A stretch of DNA of 53,302 bases from an uncultured Dictyoglomota bacterium (GTDB taxonomy: Bacteria; Dictyoglomota; Dictyoglomia; Dictyoglomales; Dictyoglomaceae), in NCBI GenBank assembly GCA_964654465.1, contig CAZZIO010000007.1, positions 1-53,302 on the forward strand, read 5' to 3'. Below are positions 30,633-41,322 of this stretch, one piece after another. Below the pieces are notes generated by a model, which ran no database searches, was not told the origin of the DNA, and saw nothing but the letters and a program-made list of their open reading frames with translations. The first letter of the stretch is position 1. Each line of letters begins with the position of its first letter. The position numbers and the translations under genes were made by a program.

Positions 30633-31917
30633 TACCCCCTAACTGAGAAACAACCTCAACAAAATTAGGAAAAGAAATACTAATACTTTCACTTTCTACT
30701 ATCGTTTCTCCTTCTGCTACTAAACCCGCAATAGCAAATGCCATGGCAATTCTATGATCATTAAAAGTATAAATCTCCGATCCTATAAGTTTAGAAGGAC
30801 CATATACTACAAATCCTCCATCAATTTCTTCTGCCTTACCCCCCATTTTATTTATTCCATTAACTATAGCTTTTATTCTATCAGATTCTTTCACCTTCAG
30901 TTCTTCCACATCCTTAAAAACACTTTTACCTTTTGCCTGTGTTGCAATAATAGCCAAAATCGGGACTTCATCAATAAGCCTTGGTACAATGTCCCCCATA
31001 ACTTCTATTGGTTCTATCTCTGAAAATTCCACTTTGATATCACCAACAGGTTCTTTTCCAGCCTCCCATTCCTTTAATATTTCAATTTTTGCTCCTGATT
31101 TTTTTAATACCTCCAACATACCTATCCGCGTTTGATTTAATCCTACACGTTTAATAACTATACTCGATCCTTCAGAGATTAGCCCTGCTCCAATCAAAAA
31201 TGCAGCAGAAGATATGTCCCCTGGAATATAAAAATCCTTTGCCTTATAACCCTCTATTTTGTGAGTCTTTAGTGTCAAACCGTCTCTTTCCAATGGTAAT
31301 CCTAAATATTCAAATATTCTTTCTGTATGATCTCTTGATAATGCAGGTTCAGTAACCCATGTCTCACCTTCAGCCAATAAACCAGCTATAAGAAGAGCTG
31401 ATTTGACCTGAGCACTTGCTACTTTTAATATATGTTTGAAACCTTTAAGTTGGTTACCTTTTATAGCTAATGGGGGATTATTGTTATCATTTCTTCCCCA
31501 GATCATTGCACCCATATTTACCAATGGATCTATAACTCTTCTCATCGGTCTCCTTCTTAGAGAATTATCCCCTGTTATAACTGAAAACATGTTTGGTATA
31601 CTGCTCAAAAGTCCCGTAAGAAGCCTAATTGTAGTTCCAGAATTACCTGCATCTAAAACATCCTCTGGCTCTTTAAAACCTTTAATTCCTACTCCTTTCA
31701 CTTTTATTACTTTTCCAATAATCTCTATGTTTACTCCTAAGCTTTTCAAACAATTCAATGTGGAAAGACAATCTTGAGAAAACAAAAAATTTTCTATCTT
31801 AGCTTCTCCCTCTGATAGAGCAGAAAAAATTAAAGCTCTATGGGAAATAGATTTATCTCCTGGTACTAAAATCTCTCCTCTTAAAGATACACTCTTCTTA
31901 ATAACAATTTTTTTCAT
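30610..31917 (-). CDS. aroA: EPSP synthase
   Basis: PGDKSISHR, GNSGTT, SAQVKS, RDHTE, KESDRI and DHRIAM motifs. Confidence 0.97.
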   Translation of the reverse strand: MKKIVIKKSVSLRGEILVPGDKSISHRALIFSALSEGEAKIENFLFSQDCLSTLNCLKSLGVNIEIIGKVIKVKGVGIKGFKEPEDVLDAGNSGTTIRLLTGLLSSIPNMFSVITGDNSLRRRPMRRVIDPLVNMGAMIWGRNDNNNPPLAIKGNQLKGFKHILKVASAQVKSALLIAGLLAEGETWVTEPALSRDHTERIFEYLGLPLERDGLTLKTHKIEGYKAKDFYIPGDISSAAFLIGAGLISEGSSIVIKRVGLNQTRIGMLEVLKKSGAKIEILKEWEAGKEPVGDIKVEFSEIEPIEVMGDIVPRLIDEVPILAIIATQAKGKSVFKDVEELKVKESDRIKAIVNGINKMGGKAEEIDGGFVVYGPSKLIGSEIYTFNDHRIAMAFAIAGLVAEGETIVESESISISFPNFVEVVSQLGGNVIELSA

Positions 31918-31920
31918 ATT

Positions 31921-32763
31921 TTACCCCTCAATTTTCATTCTTTTTTCTCTTGCTCTTCTAAATATTTCTTCTATTTTTTCGAAATTTTTATCCCTTAAAT
32001 AGTTAATAAAAAAATCTATATTATTTTTAAACTCACAAAATACATTCAATATTTCATCATAGTTTTCCTTTATAATATCCATCCAAAGTTTAGTATCACT
32101 CTTTGCTATTCTTGTTGTATCCTTAAATCCTGTTCCAAAAAAATTAGTTGAATTTCTTATTGACGTATAAGCCAACAAATAAGCAACAATCTGTGGTAAA
32201 TGACTTGAGTATGCAAGAATCCTATCATGTTCATATGGATCAATCAAAACTGGTAAGGCTCCTATATTTTCGATAAAATTCATCAAAGTCTCTATTTTAT
32301 CTTTTTCTACCCCCTTAGCAGGGGAAAGAAAATAAATCTTGCCCTTGAATAAATCAGAAATAGCCCCATATGCTCCTGAAATCTCTCTTCCTGCTAAGGG
32401 ATGTCCCCCTATAAAAACTTTACATAATAATTTATCATTATTTACAAAAGTCATAATTTTTCCCTTAGTACTACTGGTATCACTTATGATACTTCTTTCT
32501 GGTATATAATTCTTAAGCTCTAAAAGCACATCCCTAACCCCTGAAGGATATACTGATATAAATATTATATCCGTATTATATATTTCTTTTTCAATTTCAG
32601 ATATATCGATAGAGATATGGCTAAAAATGTCTTTATCCTTCAGAAAATTTAATGTATCACGATTTGTATCAATTCCCCATATCTCTATATCTCTATTTTC
32701 TTTTTTAATTGCCATTGCTATAGATGTACCAATTAATCCTAATCCTATTATTCCTATCTTCAT
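31921..32763 (-). CDS. tyrA: Prephenate/arogenate dehydrogenase
   Basis: GLGLIG, GGHPLAG, HD..LA..SHLPQ and GFKDTTRIA motifs. Confidence 0.93.
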   Translation of the reverse strand: MKIGIIGLGLIGTSIAMAIKKENRDIEIWGIDTNRDTLNFLKDKDIFSHISIDISEIEKEIYNTDIIFISVYPSGVRDVLLELKNYIPERSIISDTSSTKGKIMTFVNNDKLLCKVFIGGHPLAGREISGAYGAISDLFKGKIYFLSPAKGVEKDKIETLMNFIENIGALPVLIDPYEHDRILAYSSHLPQIVAYLLAYTSIRNSTNFFGTGFKDTTRIAKSDTKLWMDIIKENYDEILNVFCEFKNNIDFFINYLRDKNFEKIEEIFRRAREKRMKIEG

Positions 32764-33788
32764 AATCTTCTACCTATAGCATTAGCTATGCTTTTTAATT
32801 CATCCATAAGTCTTCTGAAATCAGAGAAGGTTAAAGATTGAGGACCGTCTGAAAGAGCTCTTTCTGGATGCGGATGAACTTCAATTATTAATCCATCAGC
32901 TCCTGCAGCTATAGCTGCCTTTGCCATACTTGGAACATATCTAAAGTTTCCAGTCCCATGACTTGGATCTACAAATACAGGAAGATGGGTTTTATACTTT
33001 AAAGCTGGCACAATAGTTAAATCTAAAGTATTTCTTGAATAATCCGAAAAGGTTCTAATTCCTCTCTCGCATAAGATAACCTCCGAATTTCCACCTACCA
33101 TTATATATTCAGCTGCAAAAAGAAATTCTTCTAAAGTAGCAGAAATACCTCTTTTTAATAGAACAGGTTTTCTTAATTTACCCACTTCTTTAAGTAAGGT
33201 AAAATTCTGCATATTTCTAGCACCTATCTGAATTATATCTGCGTACTCTGCTACTATTTCTAAATCTCTTGGATCCATTACTTCTGTTATTACTGGCAAT
33301 CCATATTTTTGCTTTGCTTCATAAAGTAGCTTTAATCCTTCTATTCCAAGACCCTGGAAACTATAAGGAGATGTGCGAGGCTTAAAAGCACCTCCTCTTA
33401 AAACCTTAGCTCCTACACCTTTTACAAATTCTGCAATCTCAAATAGCTGTTCTTTGCTTTCCACGGCACAAGGACCTGCCATAATTACTATTTGATCATT
33501 TCCTATTTCCACATCAGGAGAAATTCTTATTTTTGTTCCTGAAGGATTAAATTCTCTTGTCACTAATTTATATGGAGATAATATAGGAATTACCTGCTCA
33601 ACAAATGGTAATGAACTTATCTGTTCCATTATCAAAATTTTCTCTTCCATTCTCTTCTCCCCTATCGCACCAATAACAACTCTATTTTCACCTCTTGAAA
33701 TGTGGGCACCATAATTAAATTCTTTTAATTTTTCAACAACTCTTTGGATATCTTCATCAGAAGCTTCTGCTTTTAATACAATTATCAT
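32760..33788 (-). CDS. aroF: DAHP synthase type I-beta with N-terminal regulatory domain
   Basis: [31 protein letters not shown] and DPSHGTG motifs. Confidence 0.96.
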   Translation of the reverse strand: MIIVLKAEASDEDIQRVVEKLKEFNYGAHISRGENRVVIGAIGEKRMEEKILIMEQISSLPFVEQVIPILSPYKLVTREFNPSGTKIRISPDVEIGNDQIVIMAGPCAVESKEQLFEIAEFVKGVGAKVLRGGAFKPRTSPYSFQGLGIEGLKLLYEAKQKYGLPVITEVMDPRDLEIVAEYADIIQIGARNMQNFTLLKEVGKLRKPVLLKRGISATLEEFLFAAEYIMVGGNSEVILCERGIRTFSDYSRNTLDLTIVPALKYKTHLPVFVDPSHGTGNFRYVPSMAKAAIAAGADGLIIEVHPHPERALSDGPQSLTFSDFRRLMDELKSIANAIGRRL

Positions 33789-33859
33789 TTTATTACCTTT
33801 CCTCCTTTAACAAGATTATAATTTAATATAAAAAAGATAAGTTCTTAAACTCATAAAAC

Positions 33860-34933
33860 TCAGATTCCATAACTATCACCCTCTTTCATAACCCTTAGTA
33901 TATCTTCTTCTTTTAAATAATCTATGATCTTTACCTCTCCGATCTTTTCAGGTAATATAAATCTTAATTTGCCTTTGAAAGCTTTCTTATCTCGCTGTAT
34001 AAATGGAATAAGTTCTTCAAATTTATAGGGGTTATTCACTACAAACCCAAAATTTAATAAAAGTCTTTTTAACCTTTCATACACTGAGAAATCACACATC
34101 TTCAGTTTATACGCCAACTGGGTTGCTAATATCATACCAATAGCTACTGCTTCTCCATGCAAATACTTTTTATATTTACTTTTTGCCTCAATTGCATGGC
34201 CAAATGTATGTCCAAAGTTTAAGATCATTCTTAAAGATGATTCTTTTTCGTCCCTTTCAACCACGTATTTTTTACATTCAAGACTTTTCTTTATAATCCA
34301 TATTAATTTTTCTTTATTTCGATTTTTAATATCTAAATAATTTCTCTCCAAATATTCAAAAAGCTCATAATCCATAACTAATCCATATTTAACAATCTCT
34401 GCTATACCACTTATATATTCCCTTTGTGGAAGGGTTTCTAAGGTTTTAACATCAATAACAACAGCTCTTGGATGATAGAAGGTACCCACTAAATTCTTTC
34501 CTTCTGGTATATTTATCCCTGTCTTCCCTCCTATGGAGCTGTCAACTTGTGCAAGTAAAGTAGTAGGTATTTGTATATAATCAATACCTCTCATATAAAT
34601 GGAAGATACAAATCCTGTTAAATCCCCAATAACACCACCACCAAAAGCTAATAAAACACTCTTTCTGTCAGCACCTAAATTAGCCATATTTCTAACAATT
34701 CTAATTACTTCTTTAAAGGATTTACTTTTTTCTCCTTCAGGAACAAATATATATGAATCTTCCTTTATATTTACGAAATCATTTTTGTAATAATTAATTA
34801 AAAATTTATGAGATATAACAAAATATGAGGAGTATGGCAAAATTAATTCATTAATCTTTTCCTTTAATATATCATCACCAATATATATTGGATATTCTCT
34901 TTTATCTGGCAAATAAATCCTTAACTCTTCCAT
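33860..34933 (-). CDS. aroB: 3-dehydroquinate synthase
   Basis: GGGVIGD, PTTLLAQVDSSIGGKT, LNFGHTFGHA and HGEAVAIG motifs. Confidence 0.97.
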   Translation of the reverse strand: MEELRIYLPDKREYPIYIGDDILKEKINELILPYSSYFVISHKFLINYYKNDFVNIKEDSYIFVPEGEKSKSFKEVIRIVRNMANLGADRKSVLLAFGGGVIGDLTGFVSSIYMRGIDYIQIPTTLLAQVDSSIGGKTGINIPEGKNLVGTFYHPRAVVIDVKTLETLPQREYISGIAEIVKYGLVMDYELFEYLERNYLDIKNRNKEKLIWIIKKSLECKKYVVERDEKESSLRMILNFGHTFGHAIEAKSKYKKYLHGEAVAIGMILATQLAYKLKMCDFSVYERLKRLLLNFGFVVNNPYKFEELIPFIQRDKKAFKGKLRFILPEKIGEVKIIDYLKEEDILRVMKEGDSYGI

Positions 34934-36087
34934 CCCAACCTCTTATATACATAATTTTTATAATTTTCATAAGACAATTTAATCTCCTCTATATGATCTC
35001 CAGAAAATTTCTTAAGGAGTTCATCTGCAATTATCCAAGCCATCATTGCTTCACCTACAACTCCTGCAGATGTAACTACACAAACATCACTTCTTTCATA
35101 GTATCCTTCCGTTATCCTCTTTTCTTTTATATCAAAAGTTTTTAATGGTTTTCTCAAAGTTGGTATTGGTTTTACTGCAGCTCTAATCATTATTATTTCT
35201 CCGTTTGACATACCACCTTCTATTCCCCCTGCATAATTTGTTTTTCTCAACTTTGTACTTTCATTAATAAATTCATCATGAACTCTAGAACCCTTTTCTC
35301 TACTTGATAAAAAGGCCTCTCCAATTTCTACTCCCTTCACTGAGGGAATGCTCATAACTGCATATGCCAACAATGCATCAAGTCTTCTATCCCAATGAAC
35401 ATGACTTCCTATCCCAATAGGGACATTTTTTGCAAGTAAAATAAATCTTCCACCAAGAGTATCTCCCGTTTCCTTTGCTTCATCTATTAACTTTCTTGCT
35501 TGTTCTTCTAATTCATCGTCAATCATTCTAAGCTCTGAGTTTTCTACTTTATTTTTAATATAATCCCAAGAAAAGTTATTAATATCAAATCTACTTTCAA
35601 TATTACCTATCCCTTCAACAAAACTTATTATATCTATATCAAATTCTCTCAATATACATTTAGCTACAGCTCCTACTGCAACCCTTGCAGATGTTTCCCT
35701 TGCACTTGCCCTTTCTAAAATATTCCTTATATCATCAAAATGATACTTTACAACTCCAGCAAAATCGGCATGGCCTGCCCTTGGTTTTGTTACAGGAACA
35801 TAATCGTAAATTTCTTCAGGATCCATAACATTTTTCCAATTTTCCCAGTCCTTATTCTTTATTAAAAACCCTATAGGTGACCCTAAGGTATATCCACCTC
35901 TTATTCCTGAAATGATTTCCACCATATCTTTTTCGATTTCCATCCTCTTTCCTCTTCCATATCCTTTTTGCCTTCTATGAAGCTCCTTATCTATATCTTC
36001 TTTGTTTATCTTAATCCCTGCAGGAACTCCTTCTATTATTACTAATAAACCCTTTCCGTGAGACTCACCAGCTGTTAAGAAGCGCAT
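34921..36087 (-). CDS. aroC: Chorismate synthase
   Basis: MRFLTAGESHG start (ATG 36087 behind GGAGG), RAGHAD, ERASARET, GGIEGGMSNG, RSDVC. Confidence 0.97.
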   Translation of the reverse strand: MRFLTAGESHGKGLLVIIEGVPAGIKINKEDIDKELHRRQKGYGRGKRMEIEKDMVEIISGIRGGYTLGSPIGFLIKNKDWENWKNVMDPEEIYDYVPVTKPRAGHADFAGVVKYHFDDIRNILERASARETSARVAVGAVAKCILREFDIDIISFVEGIGNIESRFDINNFSWDYIKNKVENSELRMIDDELEEQARKLIDEAKETGDTLGGRFILLAKNVPIGIGSHVHWDRRLDALLAYAVMSIPSVKGVEIGEAFLSSREKGSRVHDEFINESTKLRKTNYAGGIEGGMSNGEIIMIRAAVKPIPTLRKPLKTFDIKEKRITEGYYERSDVCVVTSAGVVGEAMMAWIIADELLKKFSGDHIEEIKLSYENYKNYVYKRLGWKS

Positions 36088-36914
36088 ATTATTTTTTCTG
36101 CCTCCTCCCTCATAATATTCACAGGTCCCATAAATCCAAACCATCTCTCCCAAGAAAATGCCGCCTGATATATGAGCATATCAAGACCATTTTTATAAGG
36201 AATATTATTTTCTTTTGCCATCATCAAAAGAGGCGTCAAAGGTGGGTTATATATAAGATCATAAACAAAAACAGCCTTATCTAAAGATGAATCCCAAGGA
36301 TTACTCTTACTATCAAGTCCTAATGATGTAGTATTTATAAGTACAAATTTATCTTTAACTTTCTCCTTCTCTTCCCAAGGTAATAATTTAATAGCAATGC
36401 CCTTATTATTCCATATTTCTTCTGCTAATTTTTCTGCCCTTTCATAAGTTCTATTTGTTAAAAAAATCTCCCTTACTCCATACTCAACTAATGCATATAA
36501 AACTGCTCTACATGCTCCTCCTGCTCCTAATACTAAATAAATTATGTCCTGAGGAAGATTTAATTCCCTTAATGTATATAAAAAACCTGGTAAATCTGTA
36601 TTATCACCCAACCAACAATTTCTTTTATCTCTATAGATAGTATTCACTGCCCCTAGCATTTTGGATGTGGGTGAAAGATCATCTAAGAATTCTATAACCT
36701 TCTCTTTGAAAGGTACAGTTACATTAAGTCCCCAAATAGGTAAATACTTTAATCCTAAAAATGCTTGGTTAAAATTCTCGGGTAAAATGGGTATATTTAA
36801 GTAAATAGCATCAATACCTGATGCCTGAAAAGAGGCATTGTGTATATAAAAAGATATAGAATGCCCTAATGGGTATCCAATAAGTCCTAATAATCTTGTC
36901 GATGAGGAAATCAA
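36075..36914 (-). CDS. aroE: Shikimate dehydrogenase
   Basis: GYPLGHSIS, NVTVPFKE, AVNT, NTD, GAGGA, NRT and GLDMLIYQA motifs. Confidence 0.96.
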   Translation of the reverse strand: MISSSTRLLGLIGYPLGHSISFYIHNASFQASGIDAIYLNIPILPENFNQAFLGLKYLPIWGLNVTVPFKEKVIEFLDDLSPTSKMLGAVNTIYRDKRNCWLGDNTDLPGFLYTLRELNLPQDIIYLVLGAGGACRAVLYALVEYGVREIFLTNRTYERAEKLAEEIWNNKGIAIKLLPWEEKEKVKDKFVLINTTSLGLDSKSNPWDSSLDKAVFVYDLIYNPPLTPLLMMAKENNIPYKNGLDMLIYQAAFSWERWFGFMGPVNIMREEAEKIICAS

Positions 36915-36975
36915 AGAAAATAATTCACCCCTCTTTCCACTATTTTCTCCCCTTTGAGCTTTTTAGTTAAAGGAT

Positions 36976-37004
36976 AATTTACCAAAAAAAGCGTATTTTG
37001 TCAA
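36976..37004 (-). promoter_or_regulatory. aro operon promoter
   Basis: TTGACA (37004-36999), 17 bp, TG-G-TAAATT (36981-36976). Confidence 0.6.
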
Positions 37005-37729
37005 ACAGAAAGGATTTTACTTAGAAATTCAATGGTTCTCTCCTCCTTAGGGTTTTCAAAAAATTCCTTAGGATTACCTTCTTCTACTATCTGTCCTTGA
37101 TCTAAAAATATAACTCGATGAGCCACATCCCTAGCAAAACCCATTTCATGAGTAGCAATCATCATAGTCATGCCACCATAAGCAAGTTCCCTTATTACAT
37201 CTAAAACCTCTTTTGTCATTTCAGGATCTATAGCAGAAGTTGGTTCATCAAAAAGCATTACTTCTGGTTCCATGGCTAATGCTCTAGCAATTGCTATTCT
37301 TTGCTGTTGCCCCCCAGAAAGTTGAGATGGATAACTATTAGCTTTATCCTGAAGCCCTACTCTTTTCAAGAGTTCATATGCCTTCTCTTTAGCTATTTTA
37401 GGATCTATCTTTTTAACTTTTATTGGAGCTAAAGTTATATTTTCAAGAGCTGTAAGATGAGGGAACAAATTAAATAATTGAAAAACCATACCTACTCTTT
37501 GTCTTATTTTATTTATATCTACCTTAGGATCCGTGATTTTTACTCCATCTATATATATTTCTCCTTCAGTAGGTTCTTCCAACCTATTTATACATCTTAA
37601 AAGTGTGCTTTTACCTCCTCCACTTGGACCAATAATAACTAAAACTTCTCCTTTTTTTACTTCGAGATTTACGCCCTTTAATACATGAAGATTTTTAAAT
37701 TTCTTATGAAGATTTACAACTTTAATCAC
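37001..37729 (-). CDS. Polar amino-acid ABC ATPase (GlnQ/ArtM-like)
   Basis: [28 protein letters not shown] and THEMGFA motifs. Confidence 0.95.
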   Translation of the reverse strand: MIKVVNLHKKFKNLHVLKGVNLEVKKGEVLVIIGPSGGGKSTLLRCINRLEEPTEGEIYIDGVKITDPKVDINKIRQRVGMVFQLFNLFPHLTALENITLAPIKVKKIDPKIAKEKAYELLKRVGLQDKANSYPSQLSGGQQQRIAIARALAMEPEVMLFDEPTSAIDPEMTKEVLDVIRELAYGGMTMMIATHEMGFARDVAHRVIFLDQGQIVEEGNPKEFFENPKEERTIEFLSKILSV

Positions 37730-38378
37730 CTTTTTTCAACCTCTTTTCCATCCACATTGATAAACGGGTTAAAGGTAAAGTCATAAGAAGATAAATAAGC
37801 GTAACTCCTAAAAAGGGACTAAAAACATTTGCTTTCCAAGCAACTATCTCTCTACCAGCCCTTAAAAGCTCAGTAACAGCTAAAGTAGAAGCTAATGAAC
37901 TTTCCTTTAACATAGAAACAAATTCATTCGTCAAAGGAGGAAGAATTCTTTTAAAAGCTTGCGGCAAAATTACATATCTCATGGCTTGAAAATAGGACAT
38001 ACCTAAGGATCTCGCAGCTTCCATTTGTCCTTTCTCTATAGATTGAATTCCCCCTCTAAAAATTTCTCCTGTATATGCAGCACTATTAATCGATAGACCG
38101 ACAATAGCAGCAGTAATAGCTCCTAAATTTATACCAAAGGACGGTAAAGCATAATATATGATAAGAAGTTGCATTAATAAGGGTGTACCCCTTATAACTT
38201 CTACATATAATGTGGCTGGTATCCTAAAAATATATTTTTTTGAAATTCTTGCAAGCCCAATAAATAACCCCAAAACTACACCAATACCTACAGATATAAT
38301 CGAGAGGCGCAAAGTCACTAATGCGCCTCTCAATAGATATGGGATACTTTCTATGAAGATATTTATATTAAAATCCAA
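37722..38378 (-). CDS. Polar amino-acid ABC permease (GlnP/ArtQ-like)
   Basis: [16 protein letters not shown] and ILPQAF motifs. Confidence 0.95.
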   Translation of the reverse strand: MDFNINIFIESIPYLLRGALVTLRLSIISVGIGVVLGLFIGLARISKKYIFRIPATLYVEVIRGTPLLMQLLIIYYALPSFGINLGAITAAIVGLSINSAAYTGEIFRGGIQSIEKGQMEAARSLGMSYFQAMRYVILPQAFKRILPPLTNEFVSMLKESSLASTLAVTELLRAGREIVAWKANVFSPFLGVTLIYLLMTLPLTRLSMWMEKRLKKGD

Positions 38379-38388
38379 AATATCACCT

Positions 38389-39162
38389 CTACTCTATTGG
38401 CTCTGTACCAAACCACTTTTTATATATTTCTTTATATTTACCAGTTTTCTTTAAATTAACTAAAATTTCGTTTATTTTCTTCAAAAGATCAGTATCTTCT
38501 TTCCTCACAGCAATACCATACTGTTCCTTAGTAAAGGGTTTTCCTACACATTTTAACTTTGGGTTATTCTTTGAATAATAAAGGGATACAGGAAGATCAT
38601 TTATAACTGCGTCAAGTCTTCCAAGTTCAAGATCCATAAATGCTTCTGGAATTGTTTCATAGCTCCTTATCTCTTTAATCCCTACCTGATCCTTTAACTT
38701 TTTAGCACTTATTTCTCCTGTAGTACCTAACTGTACTCCAACTATTTTACCCTTTAAATCCTTCTCACTTCTTATATCTTTATTATCACTCCTTACAACT
38801 ATAATTTGTCCTGAATCATAATAAGGGATAGAAAAGGATATTTCTTTTTTTCTTTCCTCTGTAATTGTCATTGCAGAAATAATCATATCAAACTTCTTCG
38901 CTTTTAATGCAGCTATTATTCCATCAAAAGAAGTATTTATAACTTGTAATCTCACTCCTAAGGCTTTTGCAATTTCATTAGCTATATCTATATCAAAACC
39001 TACAGGCTTATCACCTTCCATAAACTCGAAAGGTGCATAAGCCACATCACTACCAACTTTAAGAATACCTGCTTTCTTAATCCTCTCTAAAGCAGAAGCT
39101 CCAAATGTTGGTAAACTTAAAACAAATATTAATAGGAATAATATTAACCATAGTTTTCGCAT
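38389..39162 (-). CDS. Family-3 amino-acid binding protein, probably basic amino acid/arginine
   Basis: Signal peptide; YAPFE, GFDID, MTITEERK and GVQLGTTG motifs; ARG-box-like site upstream. Confidence 0.9.
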   Translation of the reverse strand: MRKLWLILFLLIFVLSLPTFGASALERIKKAGILKVGSDVAYAPFEFMEGDKPVGFDIDIANEIAKALGVRLQVINTSFDGIIAALKAKKFDMIISAMTITEERKKEISFSIPYYDSGQIIVVRSDNKDIRSEKDLKGKIVGVQLGTTGEISAKKLKDQVGIKEIRSYETIPEAFMDLELGRLDAVINDLPVSLYYSKNNPKLKCVGKPFTKEQYGIAVRKEDTDLLKKINEILVNLKKTGKYKEIYKKWFGTEPIE

Positions 39163-39191
39163 AAATTTTCCTCCTTTTTGAAATTTTTAAA

Positions 39192-39221
39192 AGTATAAGA
39201 ATAGATATTCATAAAAGTCAA
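39192..39221 (-). promoter_or_regulatory. Amino-acid ABC promoter with an ARG-box-like operator (39196-39213)
   Basis: TTGACT (39221-39216), 18 bp, TATACT (39197-39192); spacer reads ATGAATATCTATTCT on the minus strand. Confidence 0.65.
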
Positions 39222-39251
39222 GTATAATATATGAAGTGGAGGTGAAAAATT

Positions 39252-40139
39252 ATGGATTACCTAATAAGAGGAATCTCTAAAGACAAAAAAATTATTGCTT
39301 ATGTTGCTAAAACAACAGAACTGGTAGAACAGGCCAGGATTATACATAATGCCTCTCCTACTGCAATAGCAGTTTTAGGAAGAACTCTTACCCTAACAGC
39401 TATTATGGGGAAAATGCTTAAGAAAAAAGATGAAAGAATTAGTTTGCAAATTGTAGGGAATGGCCCCTTAGGAAATGTTTTTGCTGATGCTGATGCTAAT
39501 GGAAATGTAAGAGGGTATATTAAAAAACCTTACATAGATTTGCCACCTACCCCAGAAGGAAAGCTTGATGTAGCTTCTGCAATAGGAAAAGAAGGAGTAC
39601 TAAGTGTCATAAGAGATTTTGGACTTAAAAAGCCATATCAAGGAATGACACCACTTGTTTCTGGAGGAATAGCAAAAGACTTAGCTTATTATTTTGCTTC
39701 CTCTGAGCAACAACCATCAGCTGTTGCTGCAGGGGTTTATGTCAATAAAGAAGGAAAAGTAATTGCGGCTGGAGGTTATATTGTACAGATATTACCAGAT
39801 TCAGAGGAAGATATTGTAAGTAAGTTAGAAGAAAATATTAATAGATTAAAACCACCAAGTCAAATGATATTAAATGGACTAAATCCAGAAGATATAATTA
39901 ATAAAATATTTGAAGGATTTGATTTCGACATGTTTAATAGAGAAGAATTGAAATATGCATGTAGGTGTAGTCGAGAAAGAGCTGAGAATACTCTCATAGC
40001 TTTAGGATTAAAGGAATTAGAAGAACTACAAAAAAGAAAAGAAGACATAGAAGTGAAATGTGAGTTTTGTGGTAAGAAATATATTTTTCAAAAACATGAT
40101 ATAGAAAAAATTATTCTTGAACTTAAAAACAAAACTTAA
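39252..40139 (+). CDS. hslO: Hsp33 redox-regulated chaperone
   Basis: SEQQPS, AAGGYIVQILP, zinc motif CRCS...CEFC. Confidence 0.95.
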   Translation: MDYLIRGISKDKKIIAYVAKTTELVEQARIIHNASPTAIAVLGRTLTLTAIMGKMLKKKDERISLQIVGNGPLGNVFADADANGNVRGYIKKPYIDLPPTPEGKLDVASAIGKEGVLSVIRDFGLKKPYQGMTPLVSGGIAKDLAYYFASSEQQPSAVAAGVYVNKEGKVIAAGGYIVQILPDSEEDIVSKLEENINRLKPPSQMILNGLNPEDIINKIFEGFDFDMFNREELKYACRCSRERAENTLIALGLKELEELQKRKEDIEVKCEFCGKKYIFQKHDIEKIILELKNKT

Positions 40140-40168
40140 AAAACCCCTGGAAAAACCAGGGGTTTTTT
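40138..40168. terminator. Bidirectional intrinsic terminator between hslO and ald
   Basis: AAAAAA-CCCCTGG-AAAAA-CCAGGGG-TTTTTT. Confidence 0.92.
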
Positions 40169-40181
40169 ATACATTAACTCA

Positions 40182-41297
40182 TTAACTTAGTACGTTTTCT
40201 AAAGGAGTGTAAGGCAGGTTAAAAGCGTTAGCAACTGCCTCACAAGTAATTTCCCCTTTTACTATATTTACACCTTTGGCAAGACTTTTGTTCTCTTTCA
40301 CAGCTCTTTCCCAACCTTTATCAGCAATCTCAATTACATAAGGAAGAGTATTTAGAGTTAAAGCTCTTGTTGCTGTTCTTGGAACAGCTCCAGGCATATT
40401 AGCCACACTATAATGTATTACTCCTTCCTCCTCATAAATAGGATTTAAATGGGTTGTTGGTCGTGATGTCTCAGCACAGCCACCTTGATCAATAGCTACA
40501 TCAACAATAACAGCACCTGTTTTCATTCTCTTTAAAAGATCCCTCGTAATTATTTTGGGGGCTTTTGCCCCTGGTACTAATACTGCTCCAATAAGTAGAT
40601 CTGCGTATTCTACAGCCATCCTAATATTGTATTCATCAGCTATCATCGTATTCACCTTTCCTTGGAAATAATCGTCTACAAATCTTAATTTTCTTGGATT
40701 TATATCCAATAAAGTTACAGATGCACCCATTCCATAAGCTATTCTTGCAGAGTTAAAACCAACAGTTCCTGCACCTATTATAACCACATTGGCAGAAGGA
40801 ACTCCTGGAACTCCACCTAATAAAATTCCTCTTCCACCAAAAGGTTTCTCTAAATATTTAGCACCTTCTTGGGGAGCCATTCTTCCTGCTATCTCACTCA
40901 TAGGAGCAAGAAGTGGTAAAAAACCATCCTCTGTTTGTACAGTTTCATAAGCAATGCATATTGCTTTACTTTTAATAAGATTTTTTGTAAGTTCTTCAGA
41001 TGCTGCTAAATGCAAGTAAGTAAATAAAATTTTTCCTTCAGAAAGAAGAGAGTACTCTTCAGGTAAGGGTTCTTTTACTTTTAAAATTAATTCTGCCTCA
41101 TAAAACACATCCTCATGTTTTTCTAATATTATTGCTCCTGCCTTTTCATATTCTTCATCTGTAAAACCACTTCCTAATCCTGCACCTTTTTCAATATGTA
41201 CTTTATGTCCTTTTTTGACCAATGTTTGTACTCCACCAGGAACAATAGCAACACGATTTTCTTCAGGTTTAATCTCCTTAGGAACACCTATAATCAT
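40182..41297 (-). CDS. ald: Alanine dehydrogenase
   Basis: IGVPKEIK..ENRVA, KVKEP, YLHLA, DVAIDQGGC and VANMPGAVP motifs. Confidence 0.97.
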   Translation of the reverse strand: MIIGVPKEIKPEENRVAIVPGGVQTLVKKGHKVHIEKGAGLGSGFTDEEYEKAGAIILEKHEDVFYEAELILKVKEPLPEEYSLLSEGKILFTYLHLAASEELTKNLIKSKAICIAYETVQTEDGFLPLLAPMSEIAGRMAPQEGAKYLEKPFGGRGILLGGVPGVPSANVVIIGAGTVGFNSARIAYGMGASVTLLDINPRKLRFVDDYFQGKVNTMIADEYNIRMAVEYADLLIGAVLVPGAKAPKIITRDLLKRMKTGAVIVDVAIDQGGCAETSRPTTHLNPIYEEEGVIHYSVANMPGAVPRTATRALTLNTLPYVIEIADKGWERAVKENKSLAKGVNIVKGEITCEAVANAFNLPYTPLENVLS

Positions 41298-41322
41298 ATC
41301 TCTCTTAAGCCTCCTTGTTGTC

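Noticed and set aside
33789-33859. Attenuator, T-box or Per box upstream of aroF
   Set aside because: The gap is only 71 bp, with no T-box motif or GC hairpin; a TATAAT is present but has no matching -35 or second half-site.
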